Origin: Parachlamydiales bacterium | Lineage (GTDB): Bacteria; Chlamydiota; Chlamydiia; Chlamydiales; Rhabdochlamydiaceae | Reading direction: 5' to 3' | NCBI GenBank assembly: GCA_963705295.1 | Contig: OY970065.1 | Span: 886,178 to 950,177 of the forward strand | Length of the DNA: 64,000 nt | In this document: piece after piece, positions 26,312 through 36,463 of the stretch | How the letters are laid out: every line of letters begins with the position of its first letter | Position numbering within the stretch: the first letter of the stretch is position 1 | Translations under genes and position numbers: made by a program | The notes under the pieces: model-generated | Seen by the model: only the letters and a program-made list of their open reading frames with translations | The model's database searches: none | What the model was told of the DNA's origin: nothing

Positions 26312-28936
26312 ATTTAAGAGAAAGAGGAGTTGTAGCTGGAGAAGGTTTTCTAAAAATGGATGGTCGATAAATTCTCCATACGACCACTGGACTCTGCCAA
26401 TCAAAGTTTGCAGGGTCACTTCGTGACGATTGTCGGGATTGTAGCTCCAAAAAATGGGGTATCGAATGGGTGTAAATTTCTGAACACAAAATTCGATTTT
26501 GAGATTGCATAGAGAAATGTGTTTTTTTGCTTTTAGAAGGGTCGCCAGCTCAGGTATTTTCGTTAAGAGATCGTCAGAAAGAGCCGCGGAATTTTCTTTC
26601 GCTAAAGCTGCACGATGGAGTGTCAAAGGGTAAACAACCACTTCATGATCGATGATTTTTTTTGTGTCGTCCGGTTCTAGTAATCGATACGACCGATAAG
26701 CCGTTTCGATGTCTTTAACAAAAAGGGCGCAAGGGTCATCAACGGAGTCTGACATCTGTGACAAAGCAGATCGAAGCTGTTTATTCTCTCGCAAAGTAAT
26801 AACAGGGATATTCAGGGAAAACTGACACATCCGTCCGGCAAGGTGAAGAGGATTTAAAACGACGAGTTGGAAAAGGGGAGCTTTTTGAACATCGGAAGGA
26901 ACTATCCATTGACAGAGCATCACCGGGCCAAAGGGGAGATCTGCATTGACTAGAAATAGTGTATTTAGTTGTGGTGAAGGAGACGACAAATGTAATCTTT
27001 CATCTTCAATAGAATCGATACTTAAAAATGGAATCCACGGTTGTGGATCGGGTTGTGTCTTATCGCGAAGCACATGGGCCAATCTTTTTACAAGAGGGTT
27101 ATCAGCTTCTTCGAGTCCGTTTAAGGGCGGAAAGGAATAAAAAAGATGGTAGGCCAATTCTTTGCTTAAAGGGGATTTGACGAGTTCTTCAACGTCATAG
27201 ATCGTTCTAGTAAAATTTCTCAACATTTCAAGATCACGAGAGACAAACTGAAGAAATAACCGAAAGGTTTCAGGTTCGGTAAAACGGTATTTATTTCGAA
27301 GCCCTCTAGCTCTCTGATTGCATTCAATGCCGACCGTCGGATCCAAAGTCTGAGGTATGGGCGGAAGAGGATGAGAGAAAAATTCGATTTTATCTCGTGC
27401 TGTGAGCAGAAAACAATCGAGATCATCGAGCTCTTTCACGGTTTTATGGGAATATTCTCCTTGAATAAAACGGTGCAAGGCTCTGTAAACAGTATTTCCA
27501 GGCATTGGAACTAAGTCTGGACCTCTAAAAAGAGAAACAAATTCACTGACTTTTTCTTTTTTTCCTTCGGTTTTAATAGAGTAAGCAACTTCGAAAAAAA
27601 GAGTGTCGTCGGGTGGGGTTGTTAAGGGACACAGGTTTCCTATTTCTTTTTGCAAAAACATGAAAATCTCTTCGTAAGATCGGTAGTCCTGGATTGGAAT
27701 TCGATTCTCTAGAAGGGTCAGGAGAAATGCATCGAGGTGGAAAATATATTTCTGTTTGAACATGGCGGCAGCAAATGAGACAGCCTCTTGTGGATGTGGA
27801 TGGTCTTGCAAGAGAAGGAGAATTTTCAAGAGAATCTCTCGTGAAAATGTTTGAAGATCTTGAACTTCTTTGACGAGATCGAATCGGATGGATGCGTTAC
27901 TCTTCGCCAAGGTCTCCCGTGTTGTAGCATCGGCAAAATAAATCGACTCTAAAACGACACAATCTTGGGAGGCAATTTCTGGACATAGACGGGTGGCCAG
28001 GTTAACACACTCTAGAATTTCATTAACGACGGTTGATCCATAATGAGTGGGTCCAGTTTGTGGACAAAGAAACATTTCCTGTCTGAGAAGCTCGTTGCCA
28101 TAGAGTTCTTGTGAGAGAATTTTTACAATAGAAGCTGGGAGTTTAACACGAACTCTCTTCTCAAATATTTCAATCGTTTTAAGGACAGAATATTGCCGGA
28201 ATTCACCAGGTGTTTTTTCGTTTTCTATACCGTTGATTGGATCGAGAGAAAATTTAAAACGGGTTAAAAGCTTCTCTTTCATCGAAGAACGGGTGTTCCA
28301 ACCCAAGATAAAGGAAAGCCATGAGACATATTCGCCGTTTAAAATTCCCCAGCCTCGGTGGCAGAAACTTTCGAGCTCGTCCATGTGTTGTTCAGAAATG
28401 GTCAGCCAATCTCTTCCTCCTAAATAATCGTAGAGTCTTTTTGAAAGTATCAGGGTTCTTTCCTCTAAACCTGTGATATATGCCGGTAGAACGCATTTTG
28501 ATTTAAAAAATTGTGTTTCGACAACGGGCATCGGAAGAGCATAAAGACAAAGGACGATCTCTCGCCGGATAATATCTTCTGCTGTTAGAGATGAAAAAAT
28601 CGAAAAACTCTTTAATTTAGTCTGCATTGTAGGAAGAAGCCCGATCTCACGGAGCTCTTTTCCTTCTTTGAGGCCTGTATAAATCTCTTGCCAACAGGCG
28701 ATTCTAGCGATAAACCTTTTTCTTAGATCACTATGCCCAATATACCGCTGAACGGTATTTGCCGATAAAACCCCGAAAAACTGAGCCAAAACCAAACCGA
28801 TTCGTTCTAAAAGGGTATCTCGAGAACTCACACACGTTCTACGAAGAATCTCTAAATCTTCGGTTTTAAACTCTTCTCTTCTCAAGAGATTCGTTGCATA
28901 AATCCCACGCAGAAGGGTTGATTCCCAACTACTCAC
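26297..28936 (-). CDS. Large orphan protein (879 aa)
   Basis: An uninterrupted ORF whose start overlaps the stop of the upstream membrane-protein gene by 4 nt. No motif recognised. Confidence 0.55.
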   Translation of the reverse strand: MSSWESTLLRGIYATNLLRREEFKTEDLEILRRTCVSSRDTLLERIGLVLAQFFGVLSANTVQRYIGHSDLRKRFIARIACWQEIYTGLKEGKELREIGLLPTMQTKLKSFSIFSSLTAEDIIRREIVLCLYALPMPVVETQFFKSKCVLPAYITGLEERTLILSKRLYDYLGGRDWLTISEQHMDELESFCHRGWGILNGEYVSWLSFILGWNTRSSMKEKLLTRFKFSLDPINGIENEKTPGEFRQYSVLKTIEIFEKRVRVKLPASIVKILSQELYGNELLRQEMFLCPQTGPTHYGSTVVNEILECVNLATRLCPEIASQDCVVLESIYFADATTRETLAKSNASIRFDLVKEVQDLQTFSREILLKILLLLQDHPHPQEAVSFAAAMFKQKYIFHLDAFLLTLLENRIPIQDYRSYEEIFMFLQKEIGNLCPLTTPPDDTLFFEVAYSIKTEGKKEKVSEFVSLFRGPDLVPMPGNTVYRALHRFIQGEYSHKTVKELDDLDCFLLTARDKIEFFSHPLPPIPQTLDPTVGIECNQRARGLRNKYRFTEPETFRLFLQFVSRDLEMLRNFTRTIYDVEELVKSPLSKELAYHLFYSFPPLNGLEEADNPLVKRLAHVLRDKTQPDPQPWIPFLSIDSIEDERLHLSSPSPQLNTLFLVNADLPFGPVMLCQWIVPSDVQKAPLFQLVVLNPLHLAGRMCQFSLNIPVITLRENKQLRSALSQMSDSVDDPCALFVKDIETAYRSYRLLEPDDTKKIIDHEVVVYPLTLHRAALAKENSAALSDDLLTKIPELATLLKAKKHISLCNLKIEFCVQKFTPIRYPIFWSYNPDNRHEVTLQTLIGRVQWSYGEFIDHPFLENLLQLQLLFLLNSAYT

Positions 28937-30405
28937 GTTTGACCTGCATACGATTGCTCGACGAGTTGCCCCGATAAAAATTGCGTGATAGAAGGTGTCG
29001 AAATCGGCTCTTGCAGGACGATGGGGCTATTGAAACGAGCAGGACTATTTCCAACACTGGCTCCGAGGGACCCCCAAGCTAAATAGGCCAAAATTAGACG
29101 TAACCCAGTATCTTTTTTGAGAGCTTGGTCACCGATTTTCATCTGTTGATCAATGACGAAGAAAGCTAGAGGTAAAAAATCGGGAAATTTCACTAAATAG
29201 AATTGGAGAGAAGCGAGCCACTGATTTGTCGGTTTTTTGCAAAAATGAGCATCGACAAAGCGTGTCAATAGATACGAGATATACGTATTGGCTCCAAAGG
29301 AGATGAGAGCGACTTTCCCTTCTAGGGGTGTCTCAAACATTTGCCACGTCAGATAACCTGCAACCCCTGCAGAGAGAGAGAGTTTTACCGCTATGGTAAT
29401 TTTTTCATAGAGGCCGAACTCTGGTCGCCTAAGACGCAGGCTTCTAATATCTTCTGTAGTGAGGGCTAGAAATTTCTGCTGTGCAACAAATTTGCTAGAG
29501 CCATAAAGTCCGCCGATAAAACCGTAACACACATTTAGCGCAGGTTTAGGGATCTTATCGGCTATAAAAAGAGCACCGATGAAATTTCTACTGAGAATAT
29601 CACAAAGAGCTGCGGTAACACGCATGGTTTTTAGCCCAAAAGGAGGCTCTTCAGCTCCCGTCCGGTCCGCCACTTGTGCATCTCGGTATTTTTTTTCTGC
29701 ATTTTGCCACTGATTCCACAAAAAACGAGTGAGAAGAGGAACCGCTCCATTTCCTATGAGAAACGATCCCATATCATCGAGAAGATCAAAAGCATTCATA
29801 GAGGGGCGGGTATAAGCAAAGGTGAGTAATGCACTCCCTGCACACGCCTCGGCAATCCGCGCTGCGTAAAAAGAAGCAGTCGAATTCGGTTCGACCATTT
29901 GTATCCCATGGGCGGGATCACGGTTAGACGATAAAGCTAGGAGTTCATCAGCTCTCGTCCTTCTGACCTGAGACAAGAGACTTCCTACAATCCATACGAT
30001 GGCCATGGCTCTTAAAAAAATCCAAATCTCTTTCTGGATCTCTTCGCACGATTCATCATTAAAGGGGCAGTTGATATAGACCTGAGTAATCCCTAGAAAG
30101 ATGGCGATCGACCATTCATTGTTAAAGTGTGTGACCCGGTTCCGCAATCCAATCGGCGTTGTCTCGAGTCCCACTTGAGCGAAAAAACCACACAAAAGAG
30201 CTGAGGTAATTCTCATGGTAGAATCTTCGAAAAATCGGGCTCCGACAAACGTCGACACCGTTCCCACAACACAGAGAGCTCCCAGCAACGGTTTCGCCAG
30301 TTCTTGTGGGGGGCTTAGCCAAGAAAAACGTGGGTTGGTTTCTTCGCGGGGTGGTTCCAATGCAAAGCCGCTCGGTGGTTTCAGTCGTGTTGCTTCTGTT
30401 GCCAT
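28933..30405 (-). CDS. Polytopic membrane protein (490 aa), orphan
   Basis: It has many hydrophobic segments. It is the first gene of a two-gene operon with the 879-aa ORF. Confidence 0.55.
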   Translation of the reverse strand: MATEATRLKPPSGFALEPPREETNPRFSWLSPPQELAKPLLGALCVVGTVSTFVGARFFEDSTMRITSALLCGFFAQVGLETTPIGLRNRVTHFNNEWSIAIFLGITQVYINCPFNDESCEEIQKEIWIFLRAMAIVWIVGSLLSQVRRTRADELLALSSNRDPAHGIQMVEPNSTASFYAARIAEACAGSALLTFAYTRPSMNAFDLLDDMGSFLIGNGAVPLLTRFLWNQWQNAEKKYRDAQVADRTGAEEPPFGLKTMRVTAALCDILSRNFIGALFIADKIPKPALNVCYGFIGGLYGSSKFVAQQKFLALTTEDIRSLRLRRPEFGLYEKITIAVKLSLSAGVAGYLTWQMFETPLEGKVALISFGANTYISYLLTRFVDAHFCKKPTNQWLASLQFYLVKFPDFLPLAFFVIDQQMKIGDQALKKDTGLRLILAYLAWGSLGASVGNSPARFNSPIVLQEPISTPSITQFLSGQLVEQSYAGQT

Positions 30406-30466
30406 ATTTCCTCCAAAATTCCGAGAAGTCTACAAAAGGAAAAGATTTTATGTTATAGAAAAAAAT

Positions 30467-30613
30467 ATGGAGTCTACTATGAAGCGATTTTGGAGTATCT
30501 TAACTGTCTGCACACTGATTTCAGGATTATTACTGACGGGTTGTTCAAAAGAGGAAGAGGGAGATCTTAGATTTGGTCCTTCTCCCACTGATGAAAAATT
30601 TGAGAAAAACTAA
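30467..30613 (+). CDS. Small lipoprotein (48 aa)
   Basis: MESTMKRFWSILTVCTLISGLLLTGC carries the lipobox LLTGC. The upstream part of the track ORF (from 30215) is antisense to the membrane-protein gene and was disregarded. Confidence 0.45.
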   Translation: MESTMKRFWSILTVCTLISGLLLTGCSKEEEGDLRFGPSPTDEKFEKN

Positions 30614-30906
30614 CGTTTTTTTCTAGAACAACAGAAAATCATCAAACCTGCTCCAATGACTGCTAGAGCAATTCCGCCGATGAGAAGAATTCTCATGGGA
30701 GTTCTATATTCTTCAGCCTCTCCACGGAGAATCCCTCCGACACCTTTGACAATCGGACTGACAATGGGTGTTTCTGAAACCAGGCCTGTTCCTTGATTAA
30801 TATTAGACTCGGCTCCTTCGACTCGATACCGGATAACGAGCGCAATGACGATCATGGCAATACCGACAAGAAAAATTACCAAACCTGCTAACCGCTTCCT
30901 ATTCAT
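30610..30906 (-). CDS. Small two-TM membrane protein (DUF3185-like)
   Basis: A 98-aa protein with terminal hydrophobic helices and a C-terminal basic tail SRKKR. It is comparable to 21843-22130. Confidence 0.5.
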   Translation of the reverse strand: MNRKRLAGLVIFLVGIAMIVIALVIRYRVEGAESNINQGTGLVSETPIVSPIVKGVGGILRGEAEEYRTPMRILLIGGIALAVIGAGLMIFCCSRKKR

Positions 30907-30962
30907 TTAGATTCCCTCCAAATCTTTTTTCTAATAAAAATGCACGAGAAAGTAAAGAACAA

Positions 30963-31640
30963 TTGTACTATTATTCGCCTATGATAAATGTAAAAGAGGC
31001 TGAAAATCTTCAGAAGGAGCTAGCCGGACGTATTGTTTTGGAAGACTCGTTTTGCAAAATCGAGACAGTTGCAGGGATGGACGTGAGTAACACTTTATTT
31101 GATCCTGCCAAGATGATCTATGCTGCAGCTGTAGTGCTCCGATATCCTGGTTTCCAGAGAATCGAAGAAGCCACTGTTGCTCAGAAGCAGGAATTTCCTT
31201 ACATTCCTGGACTCCTTGGTTTTCGTGAAGCTCCTGCATTGATCGAAGCTTTTAAAAACCTTCAAACGAAACCGGATCTTATAATGGTCGATGGACATGG
31301 GATCAGCCATCCTAGAAGACTGGGAATTGCAAGCCATATTGGAGTTGTCTTAGATATCCCCACCATCGGTGTTGCAAAATCGATTCTCGTGGGCGCTCCG
31401 GCTGAGCCCTTGGGAGAAGAACCAGGAAGCCAAACACCCCTTGTTTGGAACAATGAAACGATTGGGATGCTCCTCCGCACCAAAAGGAGAGCCCATCCCA
31501 TCATTATTTCTTGTGGACACGAGATCTCTTTAAAAACAGCAACAGCGTGGGTCCTCCAATCTCTGACAAAATACCGGTTACCTGAGCCAACCCGAAATGC
31601 CCACATAGCATCTAATCTTTTTAGAAAAAGGAGTCGATGA
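30963..31640 (+). CDS. nfi: Endonuclease V (deoxyinosine 3' endonuclease)
   Basis: Motifs [40 protein letters not shown] and PTIGVAKS. The start may be the ATG at 30981. Confidence 0.85.
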   Translation: MYYYSPMINVKEAENLQKELAGRIVLEDSFCKIETVAGMDVSNTLFDPAKMIYAAAVVLRYPGFQRIEEATVAQKQEFPYIPGLLGFREAPALIEAFKNLQTKPDLIMVDGHGISHPRRLGIASHIGVVLDIPTIGVAKSILVGAPAEPLGEEPGSQTPLVWNNETIGMLLRTKRRAHPIIISCGHEISLKTATAWVLQSLTKYRLPEPTRNAHIASNLFRKRSR

Positions 31641-32146
31641 TGAATCTATATCAATTCATGACATCCATGATTTGGGCTTCTATAGTCTTTTTGGTCATTG
31701 GGGTTGCCCTCTATTTGATTTTGAGCGGAAGACTCAAATGGGTTGAGTACCAAACAATCCTTGGGAAAATTGGACTCAATATCAGTACAAATCTGGGCAT
31801 CAAAGATCTAACACCGGATGAAATTCTTGCTTTTGAGAGTTTTGTCTATCGGGATTTAGCTGCAATTGAAAGGGGAGCCAGGCTCGCCTACATTATTTTA
31901 TTTATCGAAAAAGGGCTACTTGGTGCACAATTCGTCGATAACGTTCTGAAAATAGAATTGACAGACAAAGGAAAACTGCTGCATACGACTCTCATCGCAG
32001 AATGTGAAAAAAAGTTGTTGATCAGTCCCAAAACCGAAATACAGTGGGCAGCGGGTGAGAAAAAAATCGTAGCCAAAGCAGAAAATTTGAAAAAACAAGA
32101 TTTGGAAGAAGCGTTAAAGAAATTACAAAAGGAAGCGAAAACATGA
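31637..32146 (+). CDS. Hypothetical membrane-anchored protein
   Basis: Its ATG overlaps the nfi stop by 4 nt, and it has an N-terminal TM segment [18 protein letters not shown]. Confidence 0.5.
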   Translation: MMNLYQFMTSMIWASIVFLVIGVALYLILSGRLKWVEYQTILGKIGLNISTNLGIKDLTPDEILAFESFVYRDLAAIERGARLAYIILFIEKGLLGAQFVDNVLKIELTDKGKLLHTTLIAECEKKLLISPKTEIQWAAGEKKIVAKAENLKKQDLEEALKKLQKEAKT

Positions 32147-32688
32147 AAAAACTCGTCTGCGTCGTGATCTTAGGTTTTACAAGCTATATTTGGGGCGACA
32201 ACACCCTCGGTGTTGAACAATTGAAAAAAGGAATCGAGCAAGCAAGTGATGCGCAAGACTATCTTGATTCTTACAATTGGAAACACCTCTTGGAAAAGAA
32301 ACCGTATTCGAACGCCATTACGATCACAGAGATCAAATTTAATGGGCATCCGTGTGGTGTGGTTGTGAAGCCGGGTGAGAAAATCGAGGGGAAGCTCCGT
32401 TTTGAACTCGATCGTAAGGAGTGCAGGGATATGAGGTATCACCGGATTATTCTTGGATTCAAAGATCTCGGTGCACAAACATCCATTGGTGCAGGGCTTG
32501 GTTTTTTTGCTCATAAGGATGGCAAGGAAAAATTTGAACTTACAGCTCCAAAAGAACCGGGTCTTTATCAAGTCCGATTCCGTCATGTTCAAGCGTTTTC
32601 CGAAGATGATGCTTTAGCAAAATGGGTGGACTCGAAGAAAAGACAACCGTATTCCCGAACGACGTTGGGATTTGTCTTAGTTCGATGA
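32143..32688 (+). CDS. Exported hypothetical protein
   Basis: Signal-like [18 protein letters not shown]. It has 4-nt overlaps with both neighbours. Confidence 0.5.
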   Translation: MKKLVCVVILGFTSYIWGDNTLGVEQLKKGIEQASDAQDYLDSYNWKHLLEKKPYSNAITITEIKFNGHPCGVVVKPGEKIEGKLRFELDRKECRDMRYHRIILGFKDLGAQTSIGAGLGFFAHKDGKEKFELTAPKEPGLYQVRFRHVQAFSEDDALAKWVDSKKRQPYSRTTLGFVLVR

Positions 32689-33479
32689 AAAATGGAATCG
32701 AAACCTTTGAATTGACACATTATTATAACACAAATCCAGCTGTGGATCGGTTGTCATTCCAAGTGCATGCAGGTTCCGTTTTCGGATTACTAGGGCCCAA
32801 TGGAGCGGGGAAGAGCACCCTCATCAAAATGTTAACCACGCTCCTTCCGCCCACCTCGGGAACAGCCTCTATCATGGGTTATGATCTGATCCGCGAGCCT
32901 GCTTCGATCCGGAAAAAAATTGGATATGTTCCACAATTGATTTCCGCTGATGGTGATCTGACGGGATATGAAAATCTCCTTCTATCAGCAAAGTTGTATG
33001 GATTGAAGAGATCGTATCGAAAAAAAAGGATCCATGAAGTTCTCGATTTCATGGAACTCGCCCCTTTTTCCAATAAACTCGTGAGTCAGTATTCTGGGGG
33101 AATGATCCGCCGTTTAGAAATTGCACAAGCCGTACTCCATAATCCTGACGTCCTTTTTCTCGATGAACCGAGCGTTGGGCTCGACCCAGCTGCAAGGAAA
33201 GCTCTTTGGCATCGGATCCAAGAATGGAGAAAACACTTTCGCACCACTCTTTTGATTACGACGCATGACATGGACGAGGCCGACTATCTATGCGATACCG
33301 TCGCTTTCATGTATCAGGGTAAAATTGTCGCGCTCGACAAACCGGCCAAACTTAAAAGCGCCATAGGAGCGAAAGCGACACTCGATGATGTGTTCATTCA
33401 CTTTACAGGTAGCTCAATAACACAAGGAGAAGATTACCATAATGTCAGACAAGTTCGGCGCACGATCTCTCATCAATAA
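32685..33479 (+). CDS. ABC transporter ATP-binding protein (DrrA/ABC-2 type exporter)
   Basis: Walker A GPNGAGKST, signature YSGGMIRR and Walker B LFLDEPSVGLD. The start at MKNGIETFEL forms an ATGA overlap with the upstream stop. Confidence 0.85.
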   Translation: MKNGIETFELTHYYNTNPAVDRLSFQVHAGSVFGLLGPNGAGKSTLIKMLTTLLPPTSGTASIMGYDLIREPASIRKKIGYVPQLISADGDLTGYENLLLSAKLYGLKRSYRKKRIHEVLDFMELAPFSNKLVSQYSGGMIRRLEIAQAVLHNPDVLFLDEPSVGLDPAARKALWHRIQEWRKHFRTTLLITTHDMDEADYLCDTVAFMYQGKIVALDKPAKLKSAIGAKATLDDVFIHFTGSSITQGEDYHNVRQVRRTISHQ

Positions 33480-34245
33480 ATTACACTTAAGACAGATGTG
33501 GGCCATCATCGAAGCCGACCTGCGGAAGCTCATGCACGATCCTTCCGAACTCTTAACACGGATGATCCAGCCGATCATTTGGATTATGATTTTCGGACAA
33601 GCCATGACCCATGCCCAAATCATGCCGACCGGCTCGATTCCTTATTTGGATTACATGATCCCGGGAGTTGCAGCTCAAAGTATTTTGTTTGTTTCGATCT
33701 TTTATGGAATTGCTCTGATTTGGGAAAAAGATTTAGGAACCCTGCACAAGATTTTAGTCACACCCGCACCTCGTGTCGTTCTCGTGATAGGGAGGGCTTG
33801 TGCTGCCGCCATCCGTGGCCTCTCTCAACTCTGGATTATCTATCTTTTATCTTTTTTTCTAGGAGTTCATTTGAGATGGGATCTTCTTTCCCTTCTCGGC
33901 GTGGGTGCCATTTCAGTCCTTACAGCAGCCATTTTCTCAACATTTTCTCTCATCGTTGCTACAATTGTGAAAAAAAGAGAGAGATTCATGGGGATAGGAC
34001 AAGCTCTCACCATGCCTCTTTTTTTCGCTAGCAACGCCCTCTATCCGATCGAGTTGATGCCGAAGTGGATCAAAATTCTCTCCCTTCTCAATCCCCTCAC
34101 ATATCAGGTCGATGCTCTGAGAACCCTCATGATCCAAAATCAACCCTCCCATTTTGGCCTAGGACTCGACTTTTCCATCGGCATCGCCGTGTTCATTCTT
34201 CTCACTCTGATTGCTACAAAACTGTATCCCAAAATCTTGTATTAA
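33442..34245 (+). CDS. ABC-2 type transporter permease
   Basis: N-terminal LRQMWAIIEADLRKLMHDP and about six hydrophobic segments. It directly follows the ATPase. Confidence 0.8.
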   Translation: MSDKFGARSLINKLHLRQMWAIIEADLRKLMHDPSELLTRMIQPIIWIMIFGQAMTHAQIMPTGSIPYLDYMIPGVAAQSILFVSIFYGIALIWEKDLGTLHKILVTPAPRVVLVIGRACAAAIRGLSQLWIIYLLSFFLGVHLRWDLLSLLGVGAISVLTAAIFSTFSLIVATIVKKRERFMGIGQALTMPLFFASNALYPIELMPKWIKILSLLNPLTYQVDALRTLMIQNQPSHFGLGLDFSIGIAVFILLTLIATKLYPKILY

Positions 34246-35405
34246 ATTGCTTCGACGTTGATTTGGAAGCCATTTCCCACGTCGCGGAGGGTGAAGGCGC
34301 GGCGGTAGGCAAAATTTGCGTGCTCGCGGAGGTATTTCATGGAGGCTTCTCGATCGAGGGAGTAGTCTGCGAGGTAAAGAGGGCGCAAAGCAGGCATGTA
34401 TGTTGATGCAATCGAGGCTATTTTCTGCAAAAGGGCTGTCATTTTGGATTGATCGAGGGGCGTGGGAGTTTTTTTGATCTCTGCTTCGATGGCTTTTTGG
34501 ATGAGGGGGAAGACTTCTTGTTTGGTGATCAGTTCTCCCGTCGGCATCCGGATCAACGCATTGTCCGAAATATGGGAAAGCTCATGGTTGCAAAATTCTT
34601 CAAGGTGAGTGAAGTGTTTCATAAAAGTCCCATCCGAACGGATTTTATATCCCCAATCGAAGATGAAACGAGCCTCTTTATTAGTAGGGGAACCAAAAAT
34701 TGCCACAGGTAAAGATCCTTCTTGGGTTGTTTGTTCTCTCAAAATAGTATCTAAACCAGGAGGAATCAAAGCGACAGCATTCGCATGCTCAGGTGTTAAG
34801 ATAAGGTTGCCGCACAGAAGATTTTCTTCGGGGATATCTAAGCCGTTTTTTCTCAAAGTATTGACAACTTTCGCAATAGGTGGAAGATTTTCTAAGACAG
34901 CTACGCAAGCTTGCCGAGGGAAATATTTGCCGATATTTTGCATTCTCGATAGATAGACAATTCTATCTGGAGAGAGAGTCCGGCCAGAGAATTTTTGGGA
35001 GTAGATCCGTTCCATGAGACTTCTGAAATTGCTGAGTATCGGCTGAATTTCTTCCGGCTTTTCCAATTTATAGGCGATGTCGACCAAAAAAAATGAAATT
35101 TCGCTGAACCCTTGTTCAATGAGAGCTCGTCCGACGACGTATTCGACCAGTAGTTTCCCAGAGCCGAGAGAGAGTAGAACTACAGGTTTATCCCGTGGAC
35201 ACTGATGGACCATATTTTCAACCATCTGTTGGATGAATTGTTTCCGGCTTTCCCATTCTCCAGCAGGGGAATCGACCATACAATATAAATGGGTATCTCT
35301 TAGATGAAGGACTCTGAGAGTTTTTTTAAACGTATCATCGCGAGAGCAACGTTCCTGAAGGGGTAATTTCCCGACCCATGTTAAATCTAAAGTTGGTATG
35401 CACAT
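34242..35405 (-). CDS. Hypothetical protein (387 aa)
   Basis: A long ORF with a possible Rossmann-like segment VVLLSLGSGKLLVEY. No firm assignment. Confidence 0.45.
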   Translation of the reverse strand: MCIPTLDLTWVGKLPLQERCSRDDTFKKTLRVLHLRDTHLYCMVDSPAGEWESRKQFIQQMVENMVHQCPRDKPVVLLSLGSGKLLVEYVVGRALIEQGFSEISFFLVDIAYKLEKPEEIQPILSNFRSLMERIYSQKFSGRTLSPDRIVYLSRMQNIGKYFPRQACVAVLENLPPIAKVVNTLRKNGLDIPEENLLCGNLILTPEHANAVALIPPGLDTILREQTTQEGSLPVAIFGSPTNKEARFIFDWGYKIRSDGTFMKHFTHLEEFCNHELSHISDNALIRMPTGELITKQEVFPLIQKAIEAEIKKTPTPLDQSKMTALLQKIASIASTYMPALRPLYLADYSLDREASMKYLREHANFAYRRAFTLRDVGNGFQINVEAI

Positions 35406-35462
35406 ATAAGAATGATTATAAACAATTTATAATAAAAATAAAACCTTGTTGTTTAAATAAAA

Positions 35463-35921
35463 ATGTATATAATAATAATTATTATGATTTATACAAAGTA
35501 TAATACAGCAGGGCAGCCAGAAAAGCTACTCCCTCTATTTCAAAGGGTTAAGATCCGTCTTAATTCCTTATTAGAGGCTATAACTCAGGTATTTAGAAAT
35601 GCTTTCAAAGGGGTTGAAAAGGAACCGGTTAGAAAGGTTAGTATATCTAAGGTCGAAAAAAGAAAGGAAGAGATGCAGGAAACTATTTTAGATTTATTGA
35701 CGGCAAAGCCCCAATATCCTAAGTATCAATGGGCTGAAGAGCTGAAAGAAAGATTAGATATTATTCTCAAATCCTTAGAGGCTTACAATAAAGATATGAA
35801 TCCCGAGGAACGGGTTAGTGAAGTGGTATTGCTCAGCTTGCGCAAGCTTCCATGGCGTGATATCACACATGAAGAGGTTTGCAAGAACGCCGATTTTCTT
35901 CTGAATTCTTATCGTAGATAA
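35463..35921 (+). CDS. Hypothetical protein
   Basis: A 152-aa ORF after an extremely AT-rich divergent promoter region. The start is uncertain (an alternative ATG is at 35484). Confidence 0.4.
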   Translation: MYIIIIIMIYTKYNTAGQPEKLLPLFQRVKIRLNSLLEAITQVFRNAFKGVEKEPVRKVSISKVEKRKEEMQETILDLLTAKPQYPKYQWAEELKERLDIILKSLEAYNKDMNPEERVSEVVLLSLRKLPWRDITHEEVCKNADFLLNSYRR

Positions 35922-36429
35922 GTTTTTTTCTGTAGATGCGCAAGAAAGGGGTCAAATGGTGGAGTTTGGCTGTCTTTCTACTTTGAATATGAAAGACTTT
36001 CCATTTCTGAGTAGTAAGGGCATCTGCAACCAAACTCCGATGACATCGCCAAGGGACTGCCTCGCTGCATAGAAGAGCTGCCGTTTTTTTCAGAGCTATT
36101 TTTTCAGCTTTTGAGAGCCCCTTTTTAAAAGAGTCTGTTTCCATGTAATCGGCATATCCTCGAAACGAAGCATTCCTCCAACTTGTATTGACGGAATCTT
36201 TTCTCGCATGTCTGAGGCCACCCAATTCTTTCAGGTGCCTGTAACCGATTTTGGCTTTGGATAAAGACCGCTTGAGAGCGGCTTGATCAAATTGAGGACA
36301 GTAGCGTGAGCGAGGGATAGTTCGGATGTCTAAGACAATTTCTATTCCATGAGCTTTTAAGAGATCAATAAAGGTCTTAATGGGTCTTGTCGAATGGCCA
36401 ATTGTGAAGATCTGTTTTTTTATTGACAT
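35863..36429 (-). CDS. DUF488 family protein
   Basis: The N-terminus IFTIGHSTRPIKTFIDLLKAHGIEIVLDIRTIPRSR and CSEAVPWRCHRSLVAD are typical of DUF488. Confidence 0.7.
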   Translation of the reverse strand: MSIKKQIFTIGHSTRPIKTFIDLLKAHGIEIVLDIRTIPRSRYCPQFDQAALKRSLSKAKIGYRHLKELGGLRHARKDSVNTSWRNASFRGYADYMETDSFKKGLSKAEKIALKKTAALLCSEAVPWRCHRSLVADALTTQKWKVFHIQSRKTAKLHHLTPFLRIYRKKLIYDKNSEENRRSCKPLHV

Positions 36430-36463
36430 CTCTTACTTCGTCCTATCACAATGATGCTCATAA

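Noticed and set aside
30215-30466. Upstream part of the 132-aa plus-strand ORF
   Set aside because: It is antisense to the 5' end of the 490-aa membrane-protein gene. Only the distal 48 codons, with the lipobox, look like a real gene.
33498-34031. 177-aa alternative-frame ORF inside the ABC-2 permease gene
   Set aside because: It is on the same strand but out of frame, with a Pro/Arg/Ser-rich translation. The permease frame has the expected hydrophobic helices.
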